A DNA stretch of 11,899 nt, taken from the NCBI GenBank assembly GCA_965213675.1, contig CBDCAF010000001.1, positions 1 to 11,899 of the forward strand, read 5' to 3'. The DNA is from an uncultured Candidatus Binatia bacterium (GTDB taxonomy: Bacteria > Desulfobacterota > Binatia > UBA9968 > JAJDTQ01). Shown piece after piece: positions 7,634 through 11,899 of the stretch. Under the pieces are notes generated by a model that ran no database searches, was not told where the DNA came from, and saw only the letters and a list, made by a program, of their open reading frames with translations. Position numbers and translations under genes: made by a program. The first letter of the stretch is position 1, and every line of letters starts with the position of its first letter.

Positions 7634-7954
7634 GGGCCCCCCTGTGAGCTGGCTGTGTTTGAACATCGGCCTGTCCAACGGGAACTTTATCGAATCATGC
7701 CCACTTTGCATAATCCATCCGTTGTTCAGGGGTTCCACGTCAAGGGCGATTCAACGAGAGGGTAACGCTCATCAAACAACAAGACCCCAATATTGCACAC
7801 GCCGAACAGGATGAGGGATATGGAAAGCAATAGGCAAGGGGCTTTTGGAAGGGAAAGTGGGCTGCCGCTCAAGCTCACGGTGGGTGAGGTCAAGCGGCAC
7901 GCGGTCTCGAAGAGAAAAGGCGAGACGAAAAATATCTCTGCGAGATGGGAGAGG

Positions 7955-8251
7955 TTAGAGAAATTTGACGAGGGCGACGATCAGACCGCCTTGGGCGATC
8001 ATCCCACCGAACAGCCATTTCACAAGGTCTGCCTTCACCCCCGCGATGGTGGCGACGGTTTCGTGCCGTAAGGCCTCTATGCCGGCCTTGGTTTCTTGCC
8101 GCAGGGATTCTATGTCCGCTTTAGTGGCGAGGTTGGAGTTGAGGAGAGCGACATGCTCTTCGGCAAGCGTCTCGGCCTGCTTCTCGGTGAAGCCGCTCTC
8201 GGTCAAGCGCTTGACGAAGCGTTGAGTGTCGAAGGCGATGGCCTCGGTCAT
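7955..8251 (-). CDS. DUF1640/CCDC90-like coiled-coil protein with a C-terminal membrane anchor
   Basis: 98 aa from ATG 8251: FDTQRFVKRLTESGFTEKQAETL head, LATKADI neck, short coiled-coil repeats, then KADLVKW and the hydrophobic tail LFGGMIAQGGLIVALVKFL. Confidence 0.85.
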   Translation of the reverse strand: MTEAIAFDTQRFVKRLTESGFTEKQAETLAEEHVALLNSNLATKADIESLRQETKAGIEALRHETVATIAGVKADLVKWLFGGMIAQGGLIVALVKFL

Positions 8252-8384
8252 AATTTCATAATAGCTATTCCACCGGCGGAGGACAAGGACCCCGACATCT
8301 CCAGCAGCTCCTTGCAACGTTGGGGTAGGGTTACCGAAATATTACGAAACGTCACCGCCCTGCGACCACGAGTGGTGAGCGGAG

Positions 8385-9764
8385 CTAGAACTGCCGCACA
8401 AACCGTAGCTCTCCGCTGGTCCTCCGGTAGTCGTAGAGCTGGGCATTGGTTTCCCGGACCTCTCGCACCACGGACAGTTGCGGGCTGAAGCCGAACAGCG
8501 TGAAGCCCCGGTTCAGGACCGACGCTCGCAGCGTCAGGGTCTCGTCCTTTCGCACCACACCGGAAGGTGTATGGGGCGGCCAGCTTGCTTCGTAGTCCGT
8601 CCAGCGGTATCCGGCGGTCCCGGACAGGTTGAACCCGTAAGGCAGCACCAGCGACACACCCGTCTGGAGCCATGTATTCTCGTTGCGATTGCGCAAGCTC
8701 AGCGGCCGATCCCGGCCGTGCCCTACGGTGAGATTCGCCCGCACTGTCGGCCTGACCACCCAGCTTGTGTTGACGGAAATGCTCCTCACGGGGCCGTCCA
8801 AGGCCTTGTTGGTGTAGTACCGCCGGTCATGCCAGGAAGCATTGCCGGCCAAGGTGAGGCGCCTGGCCAAGCGGTGCCTCACCTGCAAGCGCCCTCCCAG
8901 GTCAAAGTAGTCCCGCTTGTTGCCGGTCCACTGATTTCGCCAATTGGCCAACACACTGAACTGCGTGCTGCGGGAAGCCAGCACCCGCGGCCCCGCGTGA
9001 ACCGACACCAGCAACTTGTTGAACTCGTCCTTCGAGTACTCCCGACTCGACAGGTCCGCACCCATACGGAGCCGGAGCCGTTCCCCCACCGGATGGTGGT
9101 ATTCTCCGCCGCCCCAAACCGAAAGGCCGACCCCCGATGTCGTGAGGTTTTCCGAGTCTCGCCTGAACGGCAGTCCGAAGATCTCGACCACCCGGGCGTC
9201 CGACTGACCCCCGATGTTGGTGTCCGGGGCCAAAGCAAAACCCATATTGACGCTCCAGCGCCGGCGGGCCCGAATGCGCCACAGGAAACTACGCACGTTG
9301 GCGATTACCGGAGCTGGAGGGTCCCCGGCGAGAACGCGCTCGAAGTGTTCCTTGGCGAGATCGTCCTCCCCCAAATTAAAAAAGGCCCGCGCCAACTCCA
9401 GTCGCACCCGCACCAACCCCGGCTCCCCAACCAACAGACCGCGGAACGCCCCAATGGCCTCTTCAAGAAGAACCGCCGCCTCACCCTCGTCCCGTCCCCC
9501 AGACTGTTGGGCGGCCTCCAAGGCAGCCAGACCGCGCAGAAATGCCACGTTCTTATCAAACCCCCGTTCCCGTACCAACCCCCGCAAAATTGCGAGAGCT
9601 TCGCGGTGGCGACCCTGGCTGATTAGGATTCGACTGTTCTGAACACCACGCTCAAAAACCCCTTCCGCCCCCGGAGCCGTGCGCTCGGGCTGCTGGGCCT
9701 CGGCCCCGAACACCCCCAACACCAGAACCGCGATCACTCCGAAGACTACCCTGTTGAGTTCCAT
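8385..9764 (-). CDS. Surface lipoprotein assembly modifier (Slam/DUF560; type XI secretion outer-membrane translocon)
   Basis: The likely start is ATG 9764 (GAGG upstream), with a signal peptide ending AEA-QQ. TPR region: P.LVRVRLELARAFF..GED..AKEHFERVLAG.PP..V.ANV..FL..IR.RRRW. The barrel begins at ALAPDTNI and ends with GFSPQLSV....ETNAQLYDYRRT.GELRFVRQF. Confidence 0.88.
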   Translation of the reverse strand: MELNRVVFGVIAVLVLGVFGAEAQQPERTAPGAEGVFERGVQNSRILISQGRHREALAILRGLVRERGFDKNVAFLRGLAALEAAQQSGGRDEGEAAVLLEEAIGAFRGLLVGEPGLVRVRLELARAFFNLGEDDLAKEHFERVLAGDPPAPVIANVRSFLWRIRARRRWSVNMGFALAPDTNIGGQSDARVVEIFGLPFRRDSENLTTSGVGLSVWGGGEYHHPVGERLRLRMGADLSSREYSKDEFNKLLVSVHAGPRVLASRSTQFSVLANWRNQWTGNKRDYFDLGGRLQVRHRLARRLTLAGNASWHDRRYYTNKALDGPVRSISVNTSWVVRPTVRANLTVGHGRDRPLSLRNRNENTWLQTGVSLVLPYGFNLSGTAGYRWTDYEASWPPHTPSGVVRKDETLTLRASVLNRGFTLFGFSPQLSVVREVRETNAQLYDYRRTSGELRFVRQF

Positions 9765-9789
9765 GCCTCGAACTTCCCCGCTAAATGCA

Positions 9790-9823
9790 AAGAGGGGGAC
9801 AGCCAACCGACTGCCCCCCTCTC
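9790..9823 (-). terminator. Long stem-loop between the cargo gene and the Slam gene (terminator/attenuator or mRNA stabiliser)
   Basis: The minus strand GAGAGGGGGGCAGTC-GGTT-GGCTGTCCCCCTCTT forms a stem of about 15 bp including G-U pairs, followed by a weak U-tract (TGCATTT). It lies about 30 bp after the cargo stop codon. Confidence 0.65.
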
Positions 9824-9854
9824 GCTGCGCCTTCCCTCAAAGGAAGAACTGTTG

Positions 9855-11899
9855 TTATCGCTTCGTAGGTGACGGCTCCAAATGAGCGCCGAAAGCGCCA
9901 ACGAAACTTTCCGTTACCGCGTCATCCCCCGAGCCCGTGGTACTGCTGAGACCAAAGGTGCCGGCGGCAGCCTTCGGCGCGACGTGGGACTCGTTCACGT
10001 CGGTATCTCCGTATCATTTGCCGTAGGGCCGAAAAACGACCCTTCCCAATTACCGGTGAACTTGTAGTGCGCGGCGCCCGGATCGCTCATCGCGCCCATA
10101 ACGGCTTCACCGCCCGTCCACGTAGCTTGGTTGGTCAGTTAGTCCAGTCCGCATCAGCAAAATGCTATCGCCGTACTCTTCGCCGTCTACAAATATCCTG
10201 TTCACCGTGCCCTCAATCGTTCCCGGCATATCATCCGCCCCGAAGTTCGCCACCAGCGTCGCGGCACCGTCAAAGTATGACACCGCCCCGCCAGTCTTGT
10301 GATGGGCACCGACGGCCTCTCCGACATATCTGGCTGAGCCCGTAACGTCCGATCGCCACGGGGGCCGCGTATTCTTCCGTGCCGCCGTTCGCAAACGCCC
10401 CGAACGTGTCACCGCCAGGGCTATCTAGCTTCAGCTAGCCATATCCCAAAGAGCAAGTAGTCTTCCTGATCATCGGCCTCGACCGCGGTCACGGCACTCC
10501 TCGAGCCCGAAAAGCGGTATCCTGACATAGCGCTGACCGTTACGGTGTCGTCATCTCCTGTTGTAAATGTCACCGAGCATTGTACGCCATCTGGACAAGT
10601 GAAACGCCCACTGAGATCGGGCGTAGCCTCGTCCCCATCGTCGTCGAAGTCGCCTGAGTAGACCTTGTCGGAAACGAAGCGCAACTTCTTGATATTCGCT
10701 CAGACGATTACCAACTTCCTCATTGTCGACACGCTTCGCCTCTACCCCAGTAACGGCCGCAATCTGCTTCTCCTTGTCGGAGAAGAGCAACAACTGGCTG
10801 TTGCTTGTATCGGTGTCAGTTGTGGGACGGGAAATGGAGAACCGATGCTTAAATGCGCCAGGCCCATCCGCTTCGTAATCGACCGAGATATCATCCTCGC
10901 CGGCACCAGCGGTCACACCGGTAAGGGTGACACTCGGCTCATCATCCGCCGCTAGCCACGCTACGGTCCCGCCCTCATCTGTACCTCTGTCCATCACCGC
11001 CGTCGTCAACGCTGCACCAACCCGCGCCGTTTCCTCCTCACGCAACTTGGCGGCAGTCTTCGTGACGGTATCTCGATCCGTGTCGTACATATCCGCAGTA
11101 ATGTCGTAGGCATTCGCCTGCGTGAACAGCGCAAGGACATGCTCCCCGGCAGCTTCCACCGCCTTATCAGCATACTCCTCGGCCATCATAGCGGCGGCTG
11201 TGGCGCTCAAGATTTTGTCACCAACCGCTTCGCCATCGTAAGCCATCTTCGCATCGTCCCTATGCCCTTCCGCCTCCGTCTGATACGTCATCGCATCAGT
11301 CGACATCATTGCGCCGGCGGCAGACGTGGAGGCGGCCATAGCGTCGGTACTCGCGTTCATGGCGCGAGTCGCCGCCGCGCGGGCAGCCGCGTACGCTTTC
11401 ATCGCTTCGTCTAGGGCAGCCTTCGCACCTGCCGAGTTCTTCCGTCCCTCTCATCGCCTTTTCGTAAGCGTCTTGCGCCCTTTTTACCTCGCCACCGGTA
11501 CCATCCGCACCACCAGCCATGTCCGCCGCCGCTTTAGCGGCGTCGGAGTGCTCCATGGCTTTGTCGGCGGCCGTCTTCGCGGCGTCCTGCGCGGTCTTTA
11601 GCGCGTCGGCCTCCATCTCCGCCCTCAGCCGTTTAGCGACCACCGTGTGCCCTTCGGCCTCAATTTTGCTCGCGGCGGCTTTGTCAGCCGCGTCTTTCGC
11701 GTCGGTCACGTGCTCCTGCGCTTCGGAGGCGGTCGTAGCTGCCTGTGCCTGACGATTTGCCTCCTTGGCGTCGGCGTAGGCTGCCTCGGCGTCTTCGGCT
11801 GCGCCCACCAGACGGGCGTGAACGTCTCCGCCAACATCCTCAGCGTCGGTCGCGAGGGTACGCGCGGCTTCGGCACTTAGCCTTGCAGCCTCTTCTGAA
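9855..11899 (-). pseudogene. Large Ala-rich surface protein with a TbpB-like C-terminal beta-barrel (probable Slam/T11SS cargo); frameshifted six times as sequenced; 5' end lies beyond the window
   Basis: Successive frames join into one coherent protein of about 680 codons: SEEAARLSAEAA...YEKAM / ..NSAGAKAALDEAMKAY...EEVGNRL / ANIKKLRFVSDK...FTCPDGVQCSV...DYLLFGIWL / DSPGGDTFGAFANGG / DVTGSARYVGEAVGAH...ATLVANFG...IEGTVNRI / NQATWTGG...FTGNWEGSFFGP / DVNESHVAPKAAAGTFGL...SFVGAFGAH...TAA (9855-9857). These motifs are typical of TbpB-type barrels. It may be an intact gene with sequencing errors. Confidence 0.8.

Noticed and set aside
8478-9626. 382-aa plus-strand ORF
   Set aside because: It is antisense to the Slam gene and has no independent coding signal.
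9998-11451. Slipped-strand phase variation or a diversity-generating retroelement as the cause of the frameshifts
   Set aside because: There are no long homopolymer or microsatellite tracts at the shift sites, and no reverse transcriptase or template/variable repeat pair in the window.
10107-11808. Four separate small genes as listed in the ORF track
   Set aside because: They overlap, their ends turn into off-frame sequence, and they join into one protein across frameshifts.

Overview
GC-rich bacterial window with mosaic composition, probably from a Gram-negative organism. Left to right: the 3' part of an HNH restriction-type endonuclease (+); a convergent AAA_14/DUF4143 ATPase (-) with an inverted repeat at its promoter; a stand-alone Smr-domain gene (+); a palindrome-rich convergent intergenic region; and an orphan xanthine-dehydrogenase/CoxL-like molybdoenzyme large subunit (-) carrying an in-frame palindromic-repeat insertion. 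A minus-strand cell-surface cluster follows: a lipidated S8 subtilase with an autotransporter-like barrel, a small DUF1640/CCDC90-like coiled-coil membrane protein, a Slam/DUF560 (type XI secretion) translocon and, upstream of it, a large Ala-rich TbpB-like cargo gene that runs off the right edge. The cargo gene is invisible as a single ORF because six frameshifts (five of them +1) split it, while all other genes read cleanly. All family calls come from motif recognition, not database searches.
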